A stretch of 64,000 bases of DNA, from IMG/VR virus record IMGVR_UViG_3300033066_001396, positions 60,567 through 124,566 of that record. The stretch is one strand, 5' to 3'. A program made the translations under genes and the position numbers. The notes below the pieces were generated by a model. The model made no database searches and was not told the DNA's origin. It saw only the letters and a program-made list of their open reading frames with translations. The DNA is from a virus. Lineage: Duplodnaviria > Caudoviricetes. This document shows, one piece after another, positions 47,087 through 56,176 of the stretch (the first letter of the stretch is position 1; the number at the start of each line of letters is the position of its first letter).

Positions 47087-47911
47087 TCAAAGATTTTCTA
47101 ATTGTTTTCTTAATAACTTATTCTTTTTAGCTACCAACTCAATAAGTCCACTAATGAACTTACCTCTTGTATGTAGGTTTTCTTTGGCTGTTTCGCTGGC
47201 AAAAGGATTGTGTTCTCCACGCTCCAAGGACCTTGGCACCGGCACATAGTCCTTTATCAGTTCAAGAAACTCCGCTGCTGTAACCTTATCCCGTCCCTTT
47301 AGTGGGTCACTCAGCTTAATTTCCTTATACGATTGCTTTGGCCCATCTTCATATTCTTTGTACACACCAGGGTTAGCCCCCAAGATTATCTTGTCGGCCT
47401 CCTCCTTGGTGATCTCCGTCTCTGTATCAGCTATCCACGAACCTACGGGTACATAGTCGGTGACCTTGTCTTTTTTCATGTCCTTGTGCTGTGCTTCAGA
47501 ATGCACATCGACAATAGAGCCCGTTGGCAACGCTATCTTTTCTCCTTTGTTGGCCTGGGTACGTATGGCTTCTTCTTTGCCTATTGGCATGATCATACCG
47601 CCGCTTTTAGCGTAATATGAAGGATCGGTGGTCTTAGTGCTTATCATATTGTCAAACATCATACGGCTATATCCTTCGCGTTCAGATTTCCTTTTAAGTC
47701 CTCCAATAAGTCCGGCGCCAAGACCTATTAATGCACCCATGGGGCCACCGGTACTTAATCCTGTCAGTGCTCCACCCATAGCCTGGCTGCCTACATTGTT
47801 GACATCTCCCATCATGAAAGCACCGCTAATAGCGCCGAGGCCTTTTGTCGTATTCCAATCTTGCCTTAGCTGTTCTTTTTTTTCTGGGGATAGCCCTTCA
47901 AATATATTCAT
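47087..47911 (-). CDS. Putative virion internal/cargo protein
   Basis: Gly-rich hydrophobic segment (GGALTG..GALIGLGAGLIGG), YAKSGG, NKGE..H motifs like crAss-type cargo proteins. Confidence 0.55.
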   Translation of the reverse strand: MNIFEGLSPEKKEQLRQDWNTTKGLGAISGAFMMGDVNNVGSQAMGGALTGLSTGGPMGALIGLGAGLIGGLKRKSEREGYSRMMFDNMISTKTTDPSYYAKSGGMIMPIGKEEAIRTQANKGEKIALPTGSIVDVHSEAQHKDMKKDKVTDYVPVGSWIADTETEITKEEADKIILGANPGVYKEYEDGPKQSYKEIKLSDPLKGRDKVTAAEFLELIKDYVPVPRSLERGEHNPFASETAKENLHTRGKFISGLIELVAKKNKLLRKQLENL

Positions 47912-47924
47912 GGTATAAAATTAA

Positions 47925-50900
47925 TCATTCTTGCCGTTCTTTTCCATATACTACACTTCTAAATAGTTTCAGTTCAATATCTGATAATTTAGGATCGTCA
48001 AAACTAAGCATATGTCTAATATAATAATCGCTCATCACACTCTTCTTTCCATCACCTCCACATACGGCATTACTTTGATCAAACTCCCGGAAGAAAGAGC
48101 AGTCGGAAGATTTTAATATCGGTGACTCCACGTTCTTTATATTGTCCTTTAACTCATTAATTCTCCATACACCACGGGTAGTTCTTTTAAGCTTACTGAC
48201 CAACCTCTCTTTCCTGATATCCTTATGGATCATACACTTGTAGTAGTCAGTATCGAGTAACTTCACTCCTGTCATCTGGTAGCTGTTGCCCCACCCTCCC
48301 TTGGTAAAGGTGATATGGCGGTTTCTTGTTCCAGTGGTTAAGTTGTTGGCAATGGTATTTATCTCTATGTAGTCAACTTGAAAGTCTACTGCATGATCCT
48401 GGGTGAGATCCAGTTTAGAACTGTGGTACCAGATAGTAAATGGATGGTATTGTCCATAAAATATCTGCTTACTGGTTTCGGAATGATGTCGCCATATGGT
48501 ATTTCCTTGAACGCTAAAGAACTTCATCCTATCATTAAAGTAGAAGTTAGGTACATAGGAATGGGCACCTATCCATTCGTGATTTTTGTAGTCATACGAT
48601 AATGTCCAGCTATTGCCTCCCTGCGCATCTCTCTTGGTTACAAGGAACCGTTCCTGCTCAGGATCATATCCCAGGCTATACCAATGACCTTCGTTCTTCT
48701 GGTCCCGGCACAGTCCGGCAGCACAGAAGTCAAGGTATCGCTGCATGAGGCTAAAGGTATTGTGATCACTTAAGACCTTTATCTCCGCGCCGGTGAACAA
48801 ACAGACGGCGGTGGATTTGGCATCAATAAAAAGAGCTCCTTGCGGTGTGACAATAATGCTGTTAGGATCTATACATCCGTAGTATCCTTCTTTAACACCT
48901 TCACCTATACGGTGAGGCTTGCCGAGAGCCCTTCCATTGCCAAGAAGATATTCTACTCCACGATAATTCACATCGCCGGCATAAGACAGTCGATACCATC
49001 CGTCAGTGGTGACAGCAAATATCTGGTTGTTCATGGTTATGAGCCGCTGTATTTGACTGCTATTGGACTGCATCTCTGCATAATCACCTTCCAAGACGTT
49101 TTTGAAGGCATTGATCTCTGTTTCTGTACGCTGTATCTGTGAATAATAGATAAGATTATTTATGCCGCTATTGGAACTCTCGGAAGTGCTGTAATCAGCT
49201 TCTTTACAGTCATCGCAGTCGCATACGTTGTATGGATCGGTCATGCCGGTAGATGAACTGACATTGCCGCCGACATTGTATTCGGTACTATATCCGGTAT
49301 ACTGGTCTTCCCACTGTCTTAAGTGTTCTAGTTGGGCGCCTCCTTCATTGTCATTTAACTGCTCCTCAAGCCCCATCATCCTATTTATCCTTGACACAGT
49401 AAACACCCATATCCATGCCAGCATCCAAATGATAAGAAACAAGGCTATACGTATCCAGAAACCCAGGATGAAGTCAAGATTGCCATGGATAGCGAATCCA
49501 TGTATTATAAAGTAAATAGGCACGCCAAGTATTATTCCTATTCGTACGACAGGTCTTAGTAGTTCGTGAAATCGTGAGGCTCGTAATATCTCCTTATACC
49601 ATCGGTTAAGAAAGCATTGCTCCCATGGTGTTCCTACTGGCACTGCGCTATCCAGATATAATTTACCCAGGTTTCTTGCATGCACTTCGCCAAGATCTTC
49701 ATCGCCTCGCTGCCTATAATGTGCATTAACCCTAGACTGAGACCAGAACCACACCAGTGTCTTTAAAACACCTGGATAATAAACACTTCCCGTTCCCTGG
49801 CCGGCTGCCGCCGCCTCGTTCAAGGTCATATTGGGATATCTGTTGGCCTTGTTCTTAGGATCTCTCAAATCACCTGATTCGGGCGGAGCCGTAGGATCAC
49901 CAAAGCCAAGGAACCTGAAAAAACCAGCCCATTTTCTAGGAGATGGTATAAATGTTGTATTGCCTACCCGGTTGCTTATATAAGATGTTCTGCGGACAGA
50001 GAAGGGACCACAAAAGGAGTCTCCCACCAATCCAGACACGTTCCTCTGTCCTTTTTTAGCGTACAATCCAAGGTCTATGTATTTGGCTCCTACAATGCTT
50101 CCATACTGGCGAGGCATCTCGCGGATAAGATATCCATATGGCGCCTGCGCATCATATACCAGCCCTGAATGAATTAAGCCGTCTGCTATAAATGATCTGT
50201 CAACCGGATGGCCTATACTTCCGGCTAACTGCATGGCTACCGATGTCTCACGAGATAAATTACATATGGGAAGATCAATCCCTCTTGCCTGGGTTATCTT
50301 GCTGTCTCCTTGTGCCTTAGTTATTCCTGTTATCTGTATAGGCGTGCCTGGGGAGAAATTATAATCATGCATGTTGACGGTCTGGCGCGTTCCTTTCTGA
50401 TCGGCCAGCCGCTCAAAAAAACCTACTCTCTTAGTTGCCTCAGCATACTGCCCATGGCGCCAGCCACTACCGGTAACATCACCGAGTTTTAGAAAGTGAG
50501 TTGCGGTCAACGGGATATGACCCAGAAGGCAGTCTGGAGAAAGGAACATGTATATGTTGGCTCCATGCGCCGCCCCCTCGTGCTCATGATCATCACCACC
50601 TCGTTGTATGTATCTGTCAATATATTCACGACTGTTGACGCCATGTTTTGGAATAGCGTGGGGGCGGCCATTGACATCACCGGCAAAGGTGTGTATGCAG
50701 ATACCTGCAGCAATAACCCTGGAGTTCATCGGATCCCGCTCCATGATACCCACCTTCCAGGGTTGTGATTCGCATAATGGTTTGCCTGTATCATCAGGAA
50801 ATACTACGTTCCTTACGCTTAGGCCAACCATGTACACAAAGCCCTCTTCTTCGTCAACTCCGTATAATTGTGACCCTTTTGCCCCTACCGATGGGCTCTC

Positions 50901-52982
50901 AAAATGGTTGATAAGAGGTATCTCAAGTAACTTTATAGGTTTACCTGCAAGTCTCTCGTATAGGTAGCCTCCTGAACAATCCAATGTCATTGGGTATGTC
51001 TCTTGGGAGTCAACCCACTTAGGCTCCAGTGGGCCTACTTTGTATATGTTGATATTGTCAAACTGCTCTCCTATGTCTCCGCTTTGGCTGAGCTGAGCGG
51101 CAGGACCACCATCAATCTTCTTGTCATTTGTTACTTTGACCTTGGTGCGATTAGGGGTAAAGACCTCTTCTTGCTTTGCCTCATTCAAAAATTTTTGAAA
51201 CACCTGCTTGAGCCCGTTGGCTGTCTGGCTACTCTTTTGATTTTTTCGGTTTTTAGAATTACCTACCGACCAGGGACCGAACAACGCAATAGAGATAGCC
51301 TTTTTTAATCCTTCTACCCATCCCTTGGGCTTTGTCTCATTACCGCATTCTAAACAATCGGCAGCGCTATCGGCGGTATCGGTATCGTCAGGAACACCAT
51401 CAGCTATATTGCTGAGAGCATCAGCAGAAGCCTTTCCAAGATCTTCACATTGGCCGGTGCCCGTTATGCATCCATCAGTATAATATCCGTCTTCCTGGAC
51501 TCTTTTGTTGTTTTTGGGGAGGTCATTGTAGTTTGAATACTCGTCTTGGTGTGTATCGTCAAAGGTGATGTGACCATTGCCTCCGGAAGTAGAGCCGCCG
51601 CCTCCGCCTCCACCACTTCCACTATCTGGAATATCTGGTGGGCCGTCGCCTATTGGAGGTCCGGGAGGCCTTCCAGCCGGGCCTGTGGGAGTCGTTGACC
51701 CACCTCCATCAGTGCCGCTTCCTGGCGTTCCGCCACCAGTAGGAGGCGTTTCGTTACCCGTTGAGCCGCCAGCATCGTTTCTTGGTTCGTTAAGTGGCGT
51801 AGATAGTTCAGTGCCGCTTCCGTCATTAAGAACACCCGCCGCTGTCTCAGTGCCGTCACAATATTGTCCAACAATAACCGGTATGTACCTTTCACCAGGT
51901 TGAAGTCCTGGATAATGATGTGCTATCTTAGCGGGTATCCTGTACAAGTCAAGGCCTACCGTCGCCCTGTTGGCTATGGCCTGTATATTTAGGTTGCGGG
52001 TTTTGCGTATCTGGCTGTAGAAAGCGCGTCCATCGTGTATTACCACTTGCCTGCCTTGCAGATAATTTACCTTTCGCGTTGTAACCTCTTCTAATGGGAT
52101 ATCTATCTCCCTGCCAGTGTCACCACGGTATTCAAAGGTGATCCCTGAGCCACCGAAGTCAAAGCGATCTAGTATCTCTGCCCTGGCTCCCGAACCAACT
52201 GATTTTATCACAACCAACTCAATGGATGAGTAGTGACAGCTAAGGCCGGTAATCCATATGCTTATATATTCATCGCTGATCTCTCCAGGCTTGTTTTTTC
52301 CACCACCCACGAATACTTCTTTGCTTATATTGAAGAAGTTAGACTTGTGGCCGTCTTTATTTATAAGGCGTAGGCAGAAACGATATTTGCCGTTACGGAG
52401 TCCGGCGCCACCGCCTTGCACATTGACGGGCCTGATAGTGGGTATACATTCACACTTAAATGTTTTGATGTCGGCGCAGGTTACTTTGGCTGCCCTGTGA
52501 CTGTCTCTTAGTTCATCAATATTGACCGTATAGAATTCGCAGTTATAGCTAAAGACTATATGCAGTTCATTGCATGTGTTCCAGAAGTTGTAATCTATGT
52601 TAATCCATTCACAATTAGAGAAGTTGAAACTGCAATTAACTGTGATTGGATCACCGGAACATGTGGATGTGCTATTTTTGTTCAGGTCGTTAAGATCATA
52701 TATCCTGCTGTATTTGTCGGCCTTACTATCATAATAGCCCAGTTCACCGGTTTTAAGCAGGACAAGGAGCCAATTGCGCGCCTCTACGTAAACGGCACCA
52801 ACGATAAGGTCAGGAATAAGTATTGGATTCCAGGTACTCCCTTCATTGACCACACCAAAGTCCTGTCCCTCGGCTGACTTGCGCACACCGTTTAACATCA
52901 TCTCATAACTATCCGGTTTCGACAGTTCTGGTATAGTGTCGTAGTCAAGACGACGGAAAGTATTGGTGATTTTATTTTTCAA
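47925..52982 (-). CDS. Tail muzzle / stabilisation protein, crAss-like (1685 aa)
   Basis: Size and position; SYEMMLNG start, GLRNGKYRF, C-terminal GYDP..RFLVTK and WTLSYDY..WIGAHSYVPNFY. Confidence 0.75.
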   Translation of the reverse strand: MKNKITNTFRRLDYDTIPELSKPDSYEMMLNGVRKSAEGQDFGVVNEGSTWNPILIPDLIVGAVYVEARNWLLVLLKTGELGYYDSKADKYSRIYDLNDLNKNSTSTCSGDPITVNCSFNFSNCEWINIDYNFWNTCNELHIVFSYNCEFYTVNIDELRDSHRAAKVTCADIKTFKCECIPTIRPVNVQGGGAGLRNGKYRFCLRLINKDGHKSNFFNISKEVFVGGGKNKPGEISDEYISIWITGLSCHYSSIELVVIKSVGSGARAEILDRFDFGGSGITFEYRGDTGREIDIPLEEVTTRKVNYLQGRQVVIHDGRAFYSQIRKTRNLNIQAIANRATVGLDLYRIPAKIAHHYPGLQPGERYIPVIVGQYCDGTETAAGVLNDGSGTELSTPLNEPRNDAGGSTGNETPPTGGGTPGSGTDGGGSTTPTGPAGRPPGPPIGDGPPDIPDSGSGGGGGGGSTSGGNGHITFDDTHQDEYSNYNDLPKNNKRVQEDGYYTDGCITGTGQCEDLGKASADALSNIADGVPDDTDTADSAADCLECGNETKPKGWVEGLKKAISIALFGPWSVGNSKNRKNQKSSQTANGLKQVFQKFLNEAKQEEVFTPNRTKVKVTNDKKIDGGPAAQLSQSGDIGEQFDNINIYKVGPLEPKWVDSQETYPMTLDCSGGYLYERLAGKPIKLLEIPLINHFESPSVGAKGSQLYGVDEEEGFVYMVGLSVRNVVFPDDTGKPLCESQPWKVGIMERDPMNSRVIAAGICIHTFAGDVNGRPHAIPKHGVNSREYIDRYIQRGGDDHEHEGAAHGANIYMFLSPDCLLGHIPLTATHFLKLGDVTGSGWRHGQYAEATKRVGFFERLADQKGTRQTVNMHDYNFSPGTPIQITGITKAQGDSKITQARGIDLPICNLSRETSVAMQLAGSIGHPVDRSFIADGLIHSGLVYDAQAPYGYLIREMPRQYGSIVGAKYIDLGLYAKKGQRNVSGLVGDSFCGPFSVRRTSYISNRVGNTTFIPSPRKWAGFFRFLGFGDPTAPPESGDLRDPKNKANRYPNMTLNEAAAAGQGTGSVYYPGVLKTLVWFWSQSRVNAHYRQRGDEDLGEVHARNLGKLYLDSAVPVGTPWEQCFLNRWYKEILRASRFHELLRPVVRIGIILGVPIYFIIHGFAIHGNLDFILGFWIRIALFLIIWMLAWIWVFTVSRINRMMGLEEQLNDNEGGAQLEHLRQWEDQYTGYSTEYNVGGNVSSSTGMTDPYNVCDCDDCKEADYSTSESSNSGINNLIYYSQIQRTETEINAFKNVLEGDYAEMQSNSSQIQRLITMNNQIFAVTTDGWYRLSYAGDVNYRGVEYLLGNGRALGKPHRIGEGVKEGYYGCIDPNSIIVTPQGALFIDAKSTAVCLFTGAEIKVLSDHNTFSLMQRYLDFCAAGLCRDQKNEGHWYSLGYDPEQERFLVTKRDAQGGNSWTLSYDYKNHEWIGAHSYVPNFYFNDRMKFFSVQGNTIWRHHSETSKQIFYGQYHPFTIWYHSSKLDLTQDHAVDFQVDYIEINTIANNLTTGTRNRHITFTKGGWGNSYQMTGVKLLDTDYYKCMIHKDIRKERLVSKLKRTTRGVWRINELKDNIKNVESPILKSSDCSFFREFDQSNAVCGGDGKKSVMSDYYIRHMLSFDDPKLSDIELKLFRSVVYGKERQE

Positions 52983-53167
52983 TTTTGATTAAACATTAGG
53001 AGATCAATACTGTCATAAAGTTTTTCTAATTTATCTTCTCGTATATATATAAGATGACGTACCAGGCATCCATTATGGACGACAAAGACTTCCTGGATAA
53101 CCATGCGGTATCGTGTGTCTGGCTTTACTGTCCAGACGTGCTTTTCTTTTGGTACGGTACGGATCAT
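52979..53167 (-). CDS. Hypothetical protein
   Basis: ATGA-coupled between ring and muzzle genes. Confidence 0.5.
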   Translation of the reverse strand: MIRTVPKEKHVWTVKPDTRYRMVIQEVFVVHNGCLVRHLIYIREDKLEKLYDSIDLLMFNQN

Positions 53168-54126
53168 TTATATACCTTAAATGTATCGTTTACATACTCG
53201 TAAAACGTCTCATCAGCATAATAATGAGGAACCTGCTTGCCAAAGAAGTTCATCCACAAAGCCTTAAATCTCTCGGGCTCCAACCTATTCAGTTTGATCT
53301 TGGCAGTATGCGCCGCTTCCTCTTTGAGTTTTTTTAACGCAAAAAAGTGACGCTCATCTGTCTCCTTTCGCTCTTTTGTCCACCGGGCATAAGCTATCCT
53401 CATATCGATAGTATAGGTCAGAGCCGTCCACACTTCCGGGATGTCTGGTATCATAAGATATCCAGAACTGTCCATCTTCCATCCATGATAAGACAAAAGA
53501 ACCTTGCAGTCTTTTACATTATTAAGTATCAGGTTAAGTCCGTCAATCTCGTAGGTCACCTCATGGCCTACATCAAGAGGTATGCAGTCTCCTATGCTTT
53601 TTTTGTCGTGGAAATTATTTACAGCCGGCCTCATAAGAGTAAACCAGGGGCAGTCACCATGGACATAAGCACCACCAACCTTACCATATGAATAAAAGCT
53701 TTTGTTGGCCTGGGTGAGGAGATATGGATTGTTGGCGAGATCCAATGGATCGACTTCATAGGTTACAATGGGCGAAGGGCAGCAACACTTTTTCTTGCTA
53801 CATGTAGGGCACGTGGCCTGGACAGTTATCTTACAGCCATCAATGTGTTTGTAGCATTTAGCTACGGACTCCCTGCTGCATTCTTTTTTGTCAGCATATC
53901 CGTATCCTGCCTGGATCACTTTCTTAAAGTTGTCCGGCAACTTGCCGACATAGTTTTTTATATGGATCAGGGCAACCGTTTTGTCAAACTGGTCCGCCGT
54001 CATCAAGCTCTTTACCTCATCATTGCCCCACTTGCGTACCTTCTTTTCTTCAAGCACAGAACTATTGCCTGAGTTCTCGCGAACATCGGATATCAATGAT
54101 TTTATGCTTTTGAATTGTGTTTTCAT
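53164..54126 (-). CDS. Tail ring/adaptor protein, crAss-like
   Basis: IKNYVGKLPDNF, LSYHG..DSSGYLMIPD..ALTY motifs. Confidence 0.7.
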   Translation of the reverse strand: MKTQFKSIKSLISDVRENSGNSSVLEEKKVRKWGNDEVKSLMTADQFDKTVALIHIKNYVGKLPDNFKKVIQAGYGYADKKECSRESVAKCYKHIDGCKITVQATCPTCSKKKCCCPSPIVTYEVDPLDLANNPYLLTQANKSFYSYGKVGGAYVHGDCPWFTLMRPAVNNFHDKKSIGDCIPLDVGHEVTYEIDGLNLILNNVKDCKVLLSYHGWKMDSSGYLMIPDIPEVWTALTYTIDMRIAYARWTKERKETDERHFFALKKLKEEAAHTAKIKLNRLEPERFKALWMNFFGKQVPHYYADETFYEYVNDTFKVYK

Positions 54127-54560
54127 TAGTCCATTGTTTCAAACCAGTTAAGATCATTGGCCTTTCTACTCTCCTTAAGCCAGGCCCAGATGCTTAATTT
54201 CCCATAGTTACTATTTCCAATGGCAGTGATGAAAGCATATACTCCTTGATTGGGAAACTGAGTATTCTCACGATGACCCTTTCGCCACACGTATTTGTAC
54301 CAGCCCTTCTCTCTGTTGATGGGAGCTACACGCAATGTACCTAACCTGAACATAAGATGAAACAGCCAGTCCACGCGGATCAAGAACTTATATACGCTCA
54401 TGAAGTAGAAGTAAAAGGCGGTACGATACTTGTAGTACGACACAGGAGTACGACCATGGTAGTTCTCTACCCCAACATATATTTCATAGAACTGCTCCAT
54501 TGTCAAGATAGAGCCCTTCTTAAAGCAATTTCGATAATAGTATTCTAGGAATATCTTCAT
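54126..54560 (-). CDS. Small basic protein, possibly IHF/HU-like as found between crAss ring genes
   Basis: FHLMFRLGTLRV..WYKYVW motif and gene position. Confidence 0.45.
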   Translation of the reverse strand: MKIFLEYYYRNCFKKGSILTMEQFYEIYVGVENYHGRTPVSYYKYRTAFYFYFMSVYKFLIRVDWLFHLMFRLGTLRVAPINREKGWYKYVWRKGHRENTQFPNQGVYAFITAIGNSNYGKLSIWAWLKESRKANDLNWFETMD

Positions 54561-55252
54561 TTCAAACTTAGGCCGGGAATATCTTTTATTCCATTATTAA
54601 ACACATCAGTATCCTTCGGTCTTGGAGCAACGAGACTTTTGTATGTCTCATCGAACATTACTTTCTCCAAATCCGAATCCATAATAAATTCCACGTCAAA
54701 AGCATTCAGGCAATGATTGACCTTGCCATTGCAGTCCGGCATCAATGCATACTCTATTGGGTCGTAGGGAATAAGGGTTTCTGTCAGAGTCCTCTTATGT
54801 ATATCATTAAGCACATAATGATGGTGCCTGTCTCCAATATTTTTAAATGTATAATAGGGTGAGTTAGCGATGTCAGCATATCTATGATTAAGCTGATCTT
54901 CGAAGTTCTCCCATGGCAGATAATCGTATTTTATCTCTCCCTGGGATGTGCCGACATAGGATATGTGGATATGCCTTATTACCGGGATCTCTGTCTTTCG
55001 GAAATAACATCCTTGAGAGGGTATGCAGGGGCACTCATTCCTGTCTGCTTTTATTAGTTTAAGACACGGTATTACTTTGAAGTTTTCGTATCCAACCTCT
55101 ATGCCAGCGCGGAGCTTCTGGCTAATGTAACTAGCTCGCACCTTGAGCATGTGCCCATATAGGTACTGTGCCGACCAATTAGTCTGGGCACTGGTATGTC
55201 CTGTGTAATCAAGCCACCCGCGAAATCCTTTGACGGTTTCTCCTATGGTCAC
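54557..55252 (-). CDS. Tail ring/adaptor protein, crAss-like
   Basis: FKVIPCLKLIKADRNECPC..FRKT..P; ends DVFNN; GTG start. Confidence 0.65.
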   Translation of the reverse strand: MTIGETVKGFRGWLDYTGHTSAQTNWSAQYLYGHMLKVRASYISQKLRAGIEVGYENFKVIPCLKLIKADRNECPCIPSQGCYFRKTEIPVIRHIHISYVGTSQGEIKYDYLPWENFEDQLNHRYADIANSPYYTFKNIGDRHHHYVLNDIHKRTLTETLIPYDPIEYALMPDCNGKVNHCLNAFDVEFIMDSDLEKVMFDETYKSLVAPRPKDTDVFNNGIKDIPGLSLK

Positions 55253-55255
55253 GCA

Positions 55256-56134
55256 TCATAACTTGGCGATTTTGTCTTTCATCTTCTGCAATTCGTTTAC
55301 GACATATGCCATAAACTTTTCCTCGGTAAACGTGAGCTTAGCGAGTCCATCACCAATCGTATATGTTTTTTGTTCGTTGACCTTAGCAAGTAACGCTTCG
55401 TTTTGAAGGGCAAGAAGATTTATAGTATGTAGATAATCGCCGGCACGTACAGTGTCAACGAAATTGGTTACCTGCGCAAGCTTGGCATTGCTCATATTGA
55501 TAATGTCCTGTAGAGTGTATCTACTGTTGGCAGTACTGTTAACGCCACGGACACTAAGAGGGAAGAATCGCTTATCGGCGAAAGGAATGTTGCCAAGCGA
55601 TAGATTGGCATATAAGATCATATCGCTGCAATCGACAGAAGATATGTTTATACTTACGCTGAGGCTTATAGGAAAATTGGAAGCCTCCAAAACCACTGCA
55701 TTAGACGCCTTCTCTGTTTTTAACAGGTTTTTCTTGACTCCATTCTCCATTACAGAGATAGAGGCATTGACCATCTTAACATGAATACTTGAAGGTAGGG
55801 TATTTATTGCCTCTGTAAAATCATAGGAAAAGGTAAATACTCCCGCAGCCGCAGACAATAGATACCATCCTTTCTCATCGCTGACCTTGTCCCAGCAACC
55901 ATTGAAGTCGGTAACCAGGAAGGCGGGGGGATTGTCTATAGCTACATCAATAGCCGTGACCTGTTGTGGGTCCGACGCCCCCTGAGCTGGCATCGTCTGA
56001 AGTAAGATAGGAATCAGTTTTTTATAGGGCATACCGTAATATATCCCTAGTTCCGGATACGGATTACCAGTATAATATACGGAGTCGTCCGGTGTCTCCA
56101 TATAGTCTTTGTTGCACTCCGCGCATTTTGCCAT
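55256..56134 (-). CDS. Structural hypothetical protein
   Basis: N-terminal CAEC..DSVYYTG..PELGI..G motif; C-terminal coiled coil. Confidence 0.6.
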   Translation of the reverse strand: MAKCAECNKDYMETPDDSVYYTGNPYPELGIYYGMPYKKLIPILLQTMPAQGASDPQQVTAIDVAIDNPPAFLVTDFNGCWDKVSDEKGWYLLSAAAGVFTFSYDFTEAINTLPSSIHVKMVNASISVMENGVKKNLLKTEKASNAVVLEASNFPISLSVSINISSVDCSDMILYANLSLGNIPFADKRFFPLSVRGVNSTANSRYTLQDIINMSNAKLAQVTNFVDTVRAGDYLHTINLLALQNEALLAKVNEQKTYTIGDGLAKLTFTEEKFMAYVVNELQKMKDKIAKL

Positions 56135-56138
56135 AGAA

Positions 56139-56146
56139 CAAAAATA
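56139..56146 (-). promoter_or_regulatory. TAnnTTTG promoter (leaderless arrangement)
   Basis: TATTTTTG on the - strand, 4 nt before ATG 56134. Confidence 0.5.
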
Positions 56147-56176
56147 ATTTATTTTATTTTAAAAAAAGCATAAATA

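Noticed and set aside
30220-55784. Numerous short + strand ORFs inside the large - strand genes
   Set aside because: Antisense shadows with no recognisable motifs or leaders.
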